Positions 14,378-32,577 are shown, numbered from the stretch's first letter. The stretch: DNA of 64,000 bases from Eledone cirrhosa (GCA_964016885.1 OZ024745.1:40052001-40116000); one strand, 5' to 3'. Notes: generated by a model from the sequence alone, not told the origin. A program made the numbers and translations.

Positions 14378-14582
14378 ATAACAACAACCACAACACCAAC
14401 AGCAACCACAACAGCAACCACAACAACACAAACAACACCAACAACAACCACAACAGCAACCACAACAACACAAACAAGACCAACAACACCAACATCAACC
14501 ACAACAAAAACAACAACCACAACACCAACAACAACCACAACAACAACAACAACCACAGCACCAACAACAACCACAACAGCAA

Positions 14583-14585
<3 letters not shown>
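14378..14585. repeat. Degenerate (ACA/ACC)n trinucleotide tract
   Basis: Direct reading. The poly-Thr/poly-Val ORFs are artefacts. Confidence 0.9.
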
Positions 14586-14657
<72 letters not shown>

Positions 14658-14661
<4 letters not shown>

Positions 14662-15280
14662 AGAGACGTAAAATAAGAAAATTATAAAGTTAACTTACTT
14701 ACATATGCATCTGTGTGTATATAAATGTTACTAGATATAAATTCCTTATAATTATCTCCAATTCATTTGTCGAGCAATATTTGGCCATGACTGCTACTAT
14801 GGTAGTAGGCTGGCCGCTGTCTTATTAACCATTCGCTTTCCACTGATTGACCTCGATGTCACGTGATTGATTCTTTTTGAATTTGCCACAGACGAAGAGG
14901 CAGTGATTTTCTCAATGGCTAGGAATCCAGTCCACGCTTCGCTATTTCCTTTCCACCGAATTATTTTTTTTAATAAAGTTTCCAGAGTCCTCGCTATGCC
15001 TGGAGACTTACACGGAAAAAGACTTTCCTGATGACGGAATGATTTTCTATATGTTTCTTCGGAAAATATATTTACTCCATTCCAGAAACTAATTAGTTGC
15101 AAGTGATTTTTTAGTAAGTAAGTTAATATTGTAACTTTATAATTTTATAATTTTCTTAGTTTACGTCTCTCATATTATTGTTCTGAAACCCCATGCATTG
15201 AACCACAATGTTAATAAGACAGAACCTATATATTTGCTAGCATTGCTATGCATCTGTATGTATATAAATGTTACTAGATA
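14658..15280. repeat. Rearranged repeat between (TA)n tracts with inverted and direct duplications and a degenerate HHR-like motif
   Basis: 14658-14700 is inverted at ~15115-15173. 14705-14750 is repeated directly at ~15248-15290. CTGATGA CGGA..TTCG GAAA ATATAT TTA at ~15028-15074 lacks a clear stem I. Confidence 0.5.
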
Positions 15281-15286
15281 TAAATT

Positions 15287-15337
<51 letters not shown>

Positions 15338-15411
15338 TATTGAAATTTCCGTTGAAAACAGAAAAGGTCATAGAAGTGAAGAGTGCTCTATGTAAGTATC
15401 AGAGCAACATT

Positions 15412-16125
<714 letters not shown>

Positions 16126-16149
16126 GTCATATATATCTATATCTATATA

Positions 16150-16288
16150 TAACGAAGGACGTGTGGTAAGGAACAAGCTGGACCATAACGCACCAGAGTA
16201 CTCAATACTTAGGGTAGTAGAGTGGGTAATTGGAAAAAAATATACCCTGACGGCAGAGCTGAAACGGTTTTGACGGGTCACACTTTTT

Positions 16289-16292
<4 letters not shown>
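16150..16292. repeat. Short (TA)n-embedded repeat family (also ~1847-1885, 53066-53125, 61940-62160)
   Basis: Shared CCATAACGCACCAGAGTACTCAATA..GGAAAA..ACCCYGACGGCAGAGCT. Confidence 0.65.
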
Positions 16293-16330
<38 letters not shown>

Positions 16331-16337
<7 letters not shown>

Positions 16338-16837
16338 GAGAGAATTGGGAGTGTGTAACACTCCACTTATCAAATAGGCAGTATATGGTTAGCTCAATGT
16401 CAGAGGACAGAGCCGTAATACAATTAACAACAAAGAGCGCTTAGAACATAGGTATATCTTTAATTGCTAACAGTGTTTTGTCCACACTAGAAGTGGGACT
16501 CTTCAGAGCATAAAGAGTAAATACATAGTATACAAGCATTGACGAAGCCAAAACAGAAGAATATTTTACTTTACTCTTTAAACTCCTCCCAACTTATGGT
16601 ATCCCCACATATATTCTTCTGTTTTGGCTTTGTCAATGCTTGTATACTATGTATTTACTCTTTATGCTCTGAAGAGTCCCACTTCTAGTGTGGACAAAAC
16701 ACTGTTAGCAATTAAAGATATACCTATGTTCTAAGCGCTCTTTGTTGTTAATTGTATTATGGCTCTGTCCTCTGATATTGAGCTAACCATATACTGCCTA
16801 TTTGATAAGTGGAGTGTTACACACTCCCAATTCTCTC

Positions 16838-16844
<7 letters not shown>
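16331..16844. repeat. Fold-back palindrome (~235-bp arms) in (TA)n with two divergent HHR motifs
   Basis: Arms are near-perfect reverse complements. Motif UGCU CUGAAGA GUCCCAC-UUCUA-GUGUGGAC AAAAC ACU GUU^AGCA at 16665-16710(+) and 16465-16510(-), with G12>A in both. Confidence 0.9.
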
Positions 16845-16907
<63 letters not shown>

Positions 16908-16912
16908 AACAC

Positions 16913-18126
<1,214 letters not shown>

Positions 18127-18212
18127 GAGACGGATTATGTTGAATAGAGCTGATATAACTTCGGTCGTTTCTTCACTCACCCACCGAGAAATGAATTTCG
18201 TATTATTATAAT

Positions 18213-18405
18213 AGGGTGATGAATTGGCAGTATCGGTAGTGGGCCGGACCCGATGCTTTGAAGCAAATAGTTACGGCCCTCTATGGTTTGAGTTCAAATC
18301 CCGCCAAGGTTAACTTTGCCTTTCATCCTTACGGGGGTGGATAAAATAAAATACCAGTAATATGGATTAATTGCTGGCCTTGTGCAAAAAGTAGAAACAA
18401 TTATT
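18213..18405 (+). mobile_element. tRNA-derived SINE (family S2, Meta-domain-like)
   Basis: TTGGCAGTATCGG A-box, GAGTTCAAATCCC B-box, then GCCTTTCATCCTT..GGGG..GATAAAATAA..TACCAG. Confidence 0.8.
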
Positions 18406-18695
18406 ATAATTCTAACCCTCGCAGATCAAACTGCATAATTTCCTGTGGGTAAGAATGTTAATGTGTCCAGACTGCTGCAACAGTTTCTGTGATTCCGATC
18501 TACAGGCAGTGTTCCGAAAGGAACCACCATGAGTAGATCATCATGTAATGATAGTAGACGTATAACACAAAGAATCCGTATTAACATTCAGTTATACAAC
18601 GTATTTCGAATCATCATGTGATATTTTATCCAGCTAATTTAAAAAAAAAGTTATTCTCTCAATGGCTGAAAGAGAAATTATTATTTAATATAGTG

Positions 18696-18730
<35 letters not shown>

Positions 18731-18743
18731 TATATATATATAC

Positions 18744-18796
<53 letters not shown>

Positions 18797-19156
18797 TACT
18801 GGGTGTTACCATTGATTGTGTGTTGCTTTATTTTTCCCTTTAATGCTGTGCATTTTTCTTTTACTTCTTTTTGCGTGAAGGAAATTTGGCAAGTACAATG
18901 CTTAATGTTCAACGGAATTTAAGTTTCTATTCTGCTTCGGTGATTAGAGCAATAATTAGTTTAGCCTCTAGATGTGCGTTTGGCAAAAGTTTATGTTGGA
19001 AAATAGAAAATTATCGTAAAGTGTATCTTTATGTATTACAAGCACGTTAGAGATATATATTTCCTACGCTGGAATAGGCATCCATATAGGCACGGATGTA
19101 CTATCACACACATTATTCCATACATTCTTATAAACATACACACAAACATACACACA

Positions 19157-19196
<40 letters not shown>

Positions 19197-19219
19197 TACA
19201 CACACAAACACACACACAT

Positions 19220-19267
<48 letters not shown>

Positions 19268-19581
19268 GTGTGAGTGTGTGTGTGTGTGTATTCATATAAA
19301 TATATACGATTAGTGGTTTGTGACTGATTAATGGCAGACATTGACAAGATGTAAATAAATACTTTACGAAAGATTCAAAGCGAAATTTATACTGTTAGAC
19401 ATCGATATTTGCCCATCGCTATTCACTCTATTTCTATTTAGATGCTTTACACATATTTTAATCAAATTCTTGCCATTTTGAGATGTAATCTCACACGTAT
19501 ACAATGAAAGTATATAAAAGAATATAAATATATATATATATCAAAAAGCGTAACATATATGGTATATACGAGGTGTGTCAG

Positions 19582-22500
19582 GTTTTGTTTTTAGTCCTGC
19601 AGGATGTCCAAAGTCACCCTCTTCACCAAGAAACCTTGGTGGGGTTGCCAGTTTAGTCGCCAACGACCCAACCAGAATACAGGTTGTACTGGGATACATA
19701 TTACCAGTAGCACCGACTGGTGACCTGTCAAAGGGCAAAGGAGCTCTTAAGAGTCAATGGCCATCCAAAATCACCGGGAAAGATGACCCCTTAGCCTTTG
19801 TCAAGGCAGAATTCTAGGAGAAGAAAAACTCTGATATAACATGGTTGCAGACCCATCGGTTTTCAGTTCTACCAGTGACTACTCCACTTACTGTCTGTTT
19901 ACTAAATGTCAGTGGTTGGGCTTCAGGTTAGCGACCTGTTCCCGGAAAAACTCTCCTGCTCTGAAAACAATTCATAGTGATCAGATTTAAATTCCAAGCA
20001 GTCAGGAGAACGGTTGTCTCTAACCGGAGATTGTATGGCGGGTGTCAGCGAAAGTCTTAATGAGGAAACAGACATCCTGAGGACCAGAATTCTGTCTGCA
20101 AAAACAACCACACGTATTGGATATTGGAACATAAGAACTATGTACCAACCCTCCAAACTTGCGCAAGTTATCGGAGAAATAGAAGCCTACAAAATTAACA
20201 TCCTGGGCCTCAGCGAGGTTCGCTGGACTGACTCTGGGAAGTTTTTCCATGAAAACAAGACCATCCTATTCTCAGGCCGTCAGAACGGGACCCACCGAGA
20301 TGGAGTTGCAATCATCATGGACAGGGCACCCAGTGGTGCCCTTGAGGAGTGGACTCCTATCAACGAACGCCTAATGACAGCATGATTCAGCACATCACTT
20401 GCAAAGATCACCATAGCTCAGTGCTATGCTCCAACCAACGAACATAACGATGATGACAAGGACGCTTTATACCAGCAACTACAAGATGTTGTAAACAAAA
20501 CCCCACGTCATGACATCCTGCTGATCATCATGGGAGACATGAACACACAGATCGGGGGAAGCAGGGTTGGCTTTGAACATGTCCTTGGCCCCCATGCTTA
20601 TGGAAACCGCACGGACAACGGGGACAGGTTTGTCCAGTTCTGTGCCATGAACAATATGGAAATGGGCTCGTCACTATTTGACCACAAGAACATCCACAAG
20701 GTCACATGGGCTTCGAACAACCACAGGACCAAGACGCAAATAGACCACATTGTGATTGGCCCAATTTGGAGAGCTCCTTGCCTGCAGGACGTCCGAGTCT
20801 ACTGGGGCGCAGAAGTCTGCAGTGACCACTATCTGTCTGTTACCAAACTTAAAATCAGACTGAGGAAGCAGAAGAAGAGCGCACTCACTGCAAGGCGTTT
20901 TGACACTACCAAGCTGAAGAACGGTGACACAGAAGCACAGTTCGAGGCTGCTTTGAGGAACAGATTTGCTGTCCTTGAGGAGTCTGCACCAGGCTCGGTC
21001 AAAAGGTGGGAGGAAATGAAGAAGACCATGGAAGCTGCAGGGGAAGAAATCCTGGGCTACAGGAAGTCCCTCAGAGAAGTTTGGGTCAGCGACAACACCT
21101 GACAGCTGATTAATGAAAGGAAAGCCCTACACCAGCAGAGGCATGCCACTACCCCAGAGGCCATCAAGGTATATCAGCAGTATGTTGACAAGGACAAGGA
21201 GGTGAAACGCAGCGCCCAAAAGGACAAACAAATGTGGCTTGAGGGTAAGGCAGAGGAGGCGGAAGCAGCTGCGGCACGCAATGACATGCGCTCTGTGTAC
21301 GAAATTGCCAAGAAAATCACCGGCAGCTCTAGAGCTAACTCAGGCCCGGTGAAAGCGAAAGATTGTACGCTGCTTTCGAAGGGTGAAGAAAAGTTAGTCA
21401 GATGGGCTGAACATTTCAAGGAAGTCCTCAACCGACCGGATGCACGTGTGCCAGCAAACACTAAGGAACCTACTAGTTTGTTGCCTATCACTACTGATGA
21501 CTTCACCGAGAAGGAAGTCCGCATGGCCATCAAAATCCTTAAGAATAACAAGTCACCAGATATGGATGGAATTTCTGCTGAAATGCTGAAGTCAGGAGGC
21601 GAAAGCATGGTCAAGTGGATGGGCCACTTATGTAATCTTGTGTGGAACACGGGTGAAGTCCCAGAAGATTGGAGAAACGGAGCGGTTGTCTGTATCCCCA
21701 AGAAGGGCAACCTTGCCGATTGTGACAACTGGAGGGGAGTGACACTTCTCTCCATACTAGGGAAGGTATATTGTCTGATGATCCTGAACCGCATACGTGG
21801 CATGGTAGACCGGGAACTGCGAGAAAAACAGGCAGGGTTCCGACCAAAACGTTCCTGTGCAGAGCAGATCTTTACGTTACGCTGCATCATTCAGAGGTAC
21901 AACGAATACCAGAGGCCCCTCGCCGTCAGCTTCATCGATTTCTCCAAGGCATTGGATAGCATTCATCGGCCGTCACTCAGGAGCATCATGCATGAGTATG
22001 GTCTACCCCAGAAAGTCATTTCGGCAATCAAACAGATTTATGCAAACTCCAAGTGCTGCATACGGACAGAGTATGGTTGCAGTGACTGGTTTGAGGTGGT
22101 TACTGGTGTGCGTCAGGGTTGCTCGCTCTCTCCAATTCTCTTTGCCATAGCCATTGACTGGGTACTAAGAAGAGCATCTAAAGACCAGGGTATATCTTGG
22201 GTGCGAGGGCAAAATTGTCTGACCTGGACTTTGCGGACGATATTGTTGCACTTGCAGAGAGCACAGCTGACCTGCAAATCATTATGAACAATATCAATGT
22301 CGAAGCAGGAAGCTTAGGTCTCAATATCAGTGCTAAGAAGACCAAAAGCATGTTATCTGGGACACACCCATCACCAACTAGTGTTTTCATTGAACAGGGG
22401 GAGGTGGAGATAGTGGACAACTTCACCTACCTAGGAAACTCCATTGACAATGGGGGCGCCATGGACAGTGAATTGCAATGTAGAATGGGAAAGGCTTCAG

Positions 22501-23019
22501 CAGCATTTAACCAGCTTGTCAAGATCTGGAAGAGCAGGAAGTTCACCCTCAAAACAAAGATGAGATTCTACAACAGCAACGTGCTGTCCATACTCTTGTA
22601 CGGAAGTGAAACATGGCACCTTAAGACCAGCCAAGAGAAGTTGGTCGCATTCGATTCCAGGTGTCTGCGAAAGATCCTGGGGATTAAATGGAGTGACCAT
22701 GAAACTAACCAGGAAGTCAGGAACCGCACCAACCAGCAGCTAGTCTCTTCTGCCATCTGCAAGCGACGCCTGGGCTGGTTTGGGCACGCTTTGAGACTTC
22801 CCCCGGAGAGACTGGCGAACCAAGTACTTAAATGGAACCCACAGGGAAGCAGACGGAGAGGGCGACCCAAAATGAACTGGCGCCAGACAGTTGAGAGAGA
22901 CCTGCGAGCGACAAACAGACAATGGCGGGACGCTGTGCAACTGGCTGCTGACCGAACACGGCGGAACACTATGATTGCCTCATGCGTCGCAAGACGCGGG
23001 AGCTTCTGAGTCTGAGTCT
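19582..23019 (+). mobile_element. Near full-length RTE-clade LINE with 12-bp TSD
   Basis: TSD GAGGTGTGTCAG at 19570-19581 and 23020-23031, (CTGAGT)n tail, APE endonuclease plus RT remnants. Confidence 0.95.
20035..23009 (+). pseudogene. Disrupted APE endonuclease-reverse transcriptase ORF
   Basis: IGYWNIRT, LGLSEVRW, GDMN, IDHI, SDH (APE); NWRGVTLLS, QAGFR, FIDFSKA, GVRQGCSLSP, LDFADD, WFGH, RRRGRP (RT). Stops at 20383-85 and 21100-02, frameshift near 22205. Confidence 0.95.
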
Positions 23020-23530
23020 GAGGTGTGTCAGAAAAGTTCGAGGACTGATGTCACAAAAGATTTATTTCAAACCCAAACTTCACACTAAGAGTTTTCTTCT
23101 TCGAAGTAATCCCCCTGGGGTACGTAACTGTAATCTTAGCTCTCTGCAGCGATCAAACTTTTTCTACGTAATTTTACATACATGACCTCTGATTTAGGTC
23201 CTCAAGCAATGAGCACAGAGCAACGAACAAACTTGAAAACTCCGTCAGAAACACTGGGATTGTATGGAGATGAGACAATGTCACGCTCACGTGTTTTTGA
23301 GTGGTGCAAGATATTTAAAGAAGGACGCGAGGACGTGGAAGATGACCCCAGGATCGGAAGGCCCTCAACAACCAGGACTGAGGTCAACGTTGAGCTCGTC
23401 AGGCAGATGGTGTGTAGCGATCGTTGGCTGACTGTTCGAATGATGGCAAATGAGCTGGGAAGGAATCTGGACAGCGACTGGAAGATTCTCACTGAAGATT
23501 TGAACTGCGGAAAGTCTGCGCGAAGATGTG
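23020..23530 (+). mobile_element. Tc1/mariner remnant (left TIR plus N-terminal transposase)
   Basis: YGDETMSRSRVFEWCKIFKEGREDVEDDPRIGRPST (mariner HTH). TIR matches 38389-38485 and 39140-39230. The first bases of the TIR lie at 19567-19581. Confidence 0.9.
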
Positions 23531-23639
23531 TATTGACGTACGTCAATACTCAACTTCGTGAAATTATAAAACCAGAAGAACATACATACATACATACATA
23601 CATACATACATACATACATACATACATACATACATACAT

Positions 23640-24127
23640 GGTGGCTGCCAACTCGTTTTCGAGTACGGCCACTACTTTACATCCATGTAGGATAACCCCT
23701 ACCGAAGCGCTGAACGAGTGTGACTTTTTAGTCCAGCCAGCGACTTGAAACCTCTGGTACAAACACTACACCTGTGACAATCATTGACACATAGTGCTAG
23801 GCCCATGGTAGGACAATTATTGACACATAGTGCTGGGCCCATGTGAGGACAAGTGCAGAGAGATCTCCAGATATAAAGCAATGCCTGTGCCGTGAAGCTT
23901 TTATAGTGAGCAAAGGCACTGCACAAAGCCAGTCCCACTCTCTTAACCAAGATGATATTTACCAAAAAGAAGAACAAGTCAACATCATTGGATACCATCA
24001 GGGTTGCAGGTGTTATATCAGAGTTTTCCTTCTCCTAGAATTCTGCCTTGACTAAGGCTAAAGGGGTCATCTCTCCCGGTGATTTTGGATGGCCATTGAC
24101 TCTTAAGAGCTCCTTTGCCCTTTGACA
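23640..24127. repeat. (CATA)n-flanked repeat sharing sequence with the RTE 5' region and with 43320-43730
   Basis: 24010-24127 is the reverse complement of ~19727-19845. GGCTGCMAACTC..GCAATGCCTGTGC is shared with 43320-43440. Confidence 0.6.
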
Positions 24128-24148
24128 TACATACATACATACATACAT

Positions 24149-24385
24149 ATATATCAAGTAAGAATATTTTCGAAACAGCGAGTGGGTTTGAAATTATTAG
24201 AAATGTAAGCCATCGCCGTATTTTGACTAAAAAAATTAAAGAAATTATTTTTCCATTTCTCCGAGGGTTCTTAACCCCACTATCAGGCTAAATAATTTCT
24301 TTAATTTTTTTAGTCAAAATACGGCGATGGCTTACATTTCTAATAATTTCAAACCCACTCGCTGTTTCGAAAATATTCATACTTG

Positions 24386-24390
<5 letters not shown>
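24149..24390. repeat. Fold-back palindrome (~100-bp arms)
   Basis: 24149-24250 is the reverse complement of 24290-24390. The spacer on the minus strand reads CTGATAG TGGGGTT-AAG-AACCCT CGGA GAAA (degenerate HHR-like). Confidence 0.85.
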
Positions 24391-24420
<30 letters not shown>

Positions 24421-24454
24421 TGTATGTATGTATGTATGTATGTATGTATGTATG

Positions 24455-27400
24455 TTCTTCTGGTTTTATAATTTCACAAAGTTTTACCAATAGAGAGAGA
24501 GTCGGTTTCTAACATAGACACAAGACTCTCTCATTGGAATTTACACAACATCAACTAGGTAGATATGTATGTATGCATGCATGTGTAGATATGGATGTTA
24601 TTGTATGTGTGGATGTGTATGTTTTGAGTTGTATGTGTGCATGTGTATATGCTTTGTATCTCTACATGTGTATATGCAGTTATTAGATGCAAAATTTTTG
24701 GAATGTTTTACATATTTTTACTGTTCCATTAATGGATTGTACTTGTAGTTTCCTAACTAGTTGTGTTCTTTATGTTCCTGTGAAGCCTAGCTTCTCAAGA
24801 TTTGTATTGAGGCAGTTACTAACATATCCCAGTGCCCCAATAATCACAGGCATAAATCTGAAGGTGTAATCAGGGTGGACTATCTGCAGATTTCTCATCA
24901 GTTCTGTATAAATATTCTCCTTTTCACTAATCTCTGATATTATATTGGCATCTGCTGGGCAGCTAATTTCCACTACTGTGCATGTTTTCTTCTCCCTGTC
25001 CCATATCATAATATCTGGTCTGTTATGCCTGCATTTTATTGGGGTTTTTACTGGAACATTCCACCAGTACTCTTTCATATTATGTACATGGATGTCTTCC
25101 ACATTGTTGTAGCTTTTAATGTGTTTATTATCGGGGCTATCTTTTTTACGAACTGCATTGTACAGTGTTTTGGCCACTACATCATGCCTCATAAGTAAAT
25201 AGTACCGCGATGACATCTTTAGGCAGCTGCTATGACATGGGTGATATTCTCGATGTTAGTTCTGCAGAGTCTGCACTTGTTATCACATCTAGGTGTTTTG
25301 CCTGCATCCCTATCTCTTTTGTGAATCAGGTATTTCGTGCTAATCTCCTGTTCTTGTATTGCAAAAGCGTATCCTTCAAAGTGGGAGCCAATATAGCGGT
25401 TCTTGGTCCAAGATAGACTACTTTCCTTATCTATATTACTCTCACTCTGGAGCTTCCTGGCAACATATCCATGCATGATTTTTTGCTGATAGGCATGCAG
25501 TTTTTCATCCATGGATTCACTGCGATACTGCTGAGCGACATCCCTGGGTGTGAGTTTATGATTATCACACAGGGAATATCTCTCAAGGAGTTCCTTCCCA
25601 ACTCTCATGATCTTATCTGTTTCATGCAGATAGACTTGCTCGAGAAGCGGGCTCCTACGCTTCGAGGTTCGTAGATGTTGTCGGAGAGATATGATGCGAC
25701 ATTCAAATGTTGTCTGGACTGATGTTAGGTCTCTGCCTCCCTGCTTACGTTTCAAGTAAAGGCGGTCTATGTCACTGTTGATGTGGAAGTTTCCGGTGTT
25801 TTTCAGTATTTTTCGAGTTCCAACATCAACTGCTCGGATTTCGTTTATTGTCCAATTGAGTATTCCAAACGTTGGTGTTAGGACAGGCACAATAAACACA
25901 TTGTGAGCCACTGTTTTGTTTTGCGCAGAGAGTTCCGATGACCAGATCTTTCTTAATCGGGTCTCGTATTCCCTGGTTACGCGTTCTTTATTACAGATAC
26001 CATTATAGGATATGTTCTCATCTATCCCTAGGTATCTGTAGCAGTCCTCATCAGATATCGGTGAAATAGTTAGACCATTGATGACAATGTTGCTAGATTG
26101 GGTTGTTGTTTTTCCCCGCTTTACAGTCATGTATGAGCATTTATCTTGGCCAAACTTCATTCCTATATCCTTTGAGAACGTTGTAACCAGGTCAATATTT
26201 CTCTTCATCCCATCCATGTTCTTGGCATAGAGTTTCAGATCGTCCACAAAGAAGTTATCGGTTAGGTTCTTATTTCTGTCCTCCTGTGAGCCAATGTTGT
26301 ATCCCTCACATTTCTTGAGCAGAAATGACAATGGGTTTAATGACAAGATGAACAATATCACACACAGACTGTCCCCCTTAAATATACCCCTGCAATATTT
26401 TATTTTATCAGTGATAATAGAGTCCTCCCTCTCTGTCTTTAACCTTAGGATAGTAGCCTAAGAAGAAGACAGCCTCTATATGGCTCTGACAATAATGTCT
26501 GGGACTTTAGCAAGTTGGAGGGCCTCTATCATCCAAGAGTGGGGAACAGAATCGAAAGCTTTCTTGTAGTCCAGCCAGACTGTAGTCATATTCCTCCTAA
26601 GTTGTCGCATCTCCGACATCGCAGTTTTGTTGATTAGGAGTTCTTCAGCACATCCCCAAAACCTTTTCTTTCCAGCTGCTTGTTCATCTGTGATGATGTT
26701 ATTATTTTCACGGTGATCTTGGAGGAATAGGTTCAGGCTGTATACATCTTATACATCAGGTTCTGGCATGCAATGGGTCGGTAGTTTTTTTTGCCAAGTG
26801 GGTGTCTTTGTTCTTGGGGACCAGTAACGTTTGTGCTAATGTCAGCCATTCTGGTATAAGTGTATCTCCCCTAAGAACTTGTTGGTAGAGGTCAGTAAGA
26901 TACCTCCGATAGAATATTAGTTTTTTTTACCAGTAGCCGACAATCATGTCTCTTCCTGGTGTTTTCTTATCTTGGAGTTTTCCTATCACAGTCTCAAGGG
27001 TACCCTCACTTATTTCGTATGTTTTTGTTGTAGTGTAGGAGCAATAGTTCTTTCAGATTTCTCTTAGCCGCACTGCATCTTGGTTGAAATTCTTCTTTTC
27101 ACCCCATATTTTTCTCCAAAACGAATCTATGTCTTTCTGGGATGGGGCCTCAGTGACACTTATTATTTTGCCCTTCATATCTCTATAGACTGATGTTTGG
27201 TTTCGTCTGAATATTTTATTAAGCATTTTTCTCTCATCTACCTTCTTCAGGTATCGGCGTTTTTCGCTAACATCTCTCAATTCTTGTTTGAGGGTGATCA
27301 GCTTATATTGAAGAGTTCTCGTTCTCCTGTGACCAAACATCGTCTCTATTTTATTTTTCACTCTTTGTTGGTGAGGAGTGAGGTATTTTTGTGTTTGTTT

Positions 27401-28578
27401 GCATGTAAGGAGCATTGTCACATGTCCTATGTTTTTTCGTAGGTCAGCACTCTTTTTTTCTATTTTAGTTATATATGATGGTATTTTTGGTGGTGTTTTG
27501 TTCTTGTTAATATCTCTGCTATCACCAAGATAATGCTTCACTGTCATTGCTAAGGCATATAAACAAGCGTTGATTTGCCAAAATGTTGGGGGTTTTATCC
27601 GTCGTAAATATTTATCCCCTATTTCGTCAATAACATGTAGTATTTCATTATTTGTTTTTTTATTCACCATTGTCATTTTAACACGTTCAGAAGAGAGATA
27701 TTTATACATGAGTTAATTTCTCTCTGGAAGATTTGGTTGTGGGAAATTTCCAATTGTTTATACTTTTGATTATCATTATCGATAGTATTTTCCACAACAG
27801 TCGAGGTAGACTCGGATGGTATACGTGGTGTCACATTTATTCGATTATTATTATTATTATTTATTCGATTATTATTATTATCGATAGTGTTTTCCCCCGC
27901 ATTCGAGGTAGACTTAGATGGTACAGGTGGTGTCAAGTTTCTTACAGGCATAGTTGTTTCAAGGCGCTGTTCGACCTGGCTGCTAGGAAGTCTAGTAACA
28001 GGGCGATCTGTAGCACGTGTTGTTGATTCCATGTTTGTTGTGGGGGACTTACAATTAATAATATTTATCTTATTTTTACGTTCAACAAGCGTCGCTTGTT
28101 GGCGTAATTGTTTCGCTGTGAAATAATTTAGCTCTGGGTGCATTTCGTCCCAGTGTAGTTTCATTCTATTCATATAGCCAATGGAGGGATTGTTTTTTGC
28201 CATTTTATAACAATTAAATAAATCACTATTAAGTTCACAACTCCAAGAGAAATGCGATTTATAATTTCGGTTTCTTCTGTAGCTACAACTGAATAAAGTT
28301 TGATTACCTTTCTTGTTGTTTGTCTTCGATACTTCCTTAATTTTCTTGTTGATGTTGTGTTCAGCCATGCTGTTTGTAGCAAATCCTTGTAAAATGAATT
28401 ATGTATTTAGTCGGATATCTCTACGAATTCGAATAAAAGGTGTCTTCAGAAGGGATAGTTAGAAGAATAACCAGTTATTCAACCTGACTGTTGTTGTGGC
28501 ATTACTGTCGGAGATAGTATTCATCTTAAATTTAATAAATAGTCTCCCACGCCAAAATATGCGACTGATCGCGTTGAC
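24455..28578 (-). mobile_element. R4/Dong-clade non-LTR retrotransposon (RT, CCHC finger, restriction-like endonuclease), full-length but disrupted
   Basis: N-terminal W..ELN..L..CY..GYMNRM..HW..P domain; RT LFILSLNPLS and FFVDDLKLYA; CRLC..ENITHVI..RHDVVAK; RPDIMIWD..VVEISCP..K..Y. Flanked by (CATA)n on both sides. Confidence 0.9.
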
Positions 28579-28664
28579 TATGTATGTATGTATGTATGTA
28601 TGCATGTATGTATGTATGTATGTATGTATGTATGTATGTATGTATGTATGTATGTATCTATATA

Positions 28665-28742
<78 letters not shown>

Positions 28743-28934
28743 TGTATATATATATATATATATACGTATGTGTATATATATATATAAATATAAAATACAA
28801 AATGTTGAAAAGGTAACACACTTGAGAGAGAGATAGTGAGCCAGCAATAAAACACGTAAAAACCATCAGTTTATGGAATCTATAACCTATAGGATTCCTT
28901 CTCATTTGAGCACAATATATATATATATATATAT

Positions 28935-31132
<2,198 letters not shown>

Positions 31133-31449
31133 TCACGATAGATTAACGGACCCATAGACTCTCGCTATTCCCTGTCAATATATATATATACACATATACG
31201 GATGTATATATATTGTATATATATATATACATACACACACACACATATATATATGTGTATATATATGTGTGTGTGTGTTTGTGTGTGTGAATACATGTAT
31301 ATATATGTTCCTTTTGTGACCGATTCCTCAACTCAAACTTTATTTACTTGTGTTGAGGGGAAGGCGCATTGGGGTACTTAGGTGTGTTACTATTCCATCC
31401 TATGTACGAGTGACAGAATAGCATATATATATATATAGAGATATATAAA

Positions 31450-31879
<430 letters not shown>

Positions 31880-32384
31880 ATGGAATAGTAACTCACCTCA
31901 GTACCCCCAATGCGCTATCCCCTCAATGTTCCACATATATAATATATATACATATATATATAGAAAAACAACCAGCCAGTAACATGTAAATAAACAAATA
32001 TAAACACACACAGGCACCTGGATGTAACACATGCGCAACCTTAGCTCACAACACACACACAACAAGATGGCGTAGGACAGAACAAAGGAGAGGCACAAAA
32101 GCAAAGAAAATAATCTCCAGTCAATGAAGAGGTCTCAGAATGTGTGACGAAAGAATTTTGACAATATATGAACAATCGTCTGGTTGTGGAACCAACCAAC
32201 CAAACGGAAATTTATAAATGTTAAGTGAATGCATCTGGTGCGTGTGTTTCTTATTGGCAACATGACCCTCCCAAAGCAGAACAATATCGGTTTCAACACA
32301 CGTTTTCAGATAAAGAGTCTTGTTAAACAAATTCAGAAGCGATATATATATATATAAATATGTATATATATATATATATATATA

Positions 32385-32496
32385 GTTGTAATATAATGAA
32401 ACTAAATTTCATTTCTCACTCTTAGTACGGCACTTACTTAAATGTAAGTATGTATGTATACGTACATACATATATGTATACAGACGTACAGTAGCA

Positions 32497-32577
<81 letters not shown>

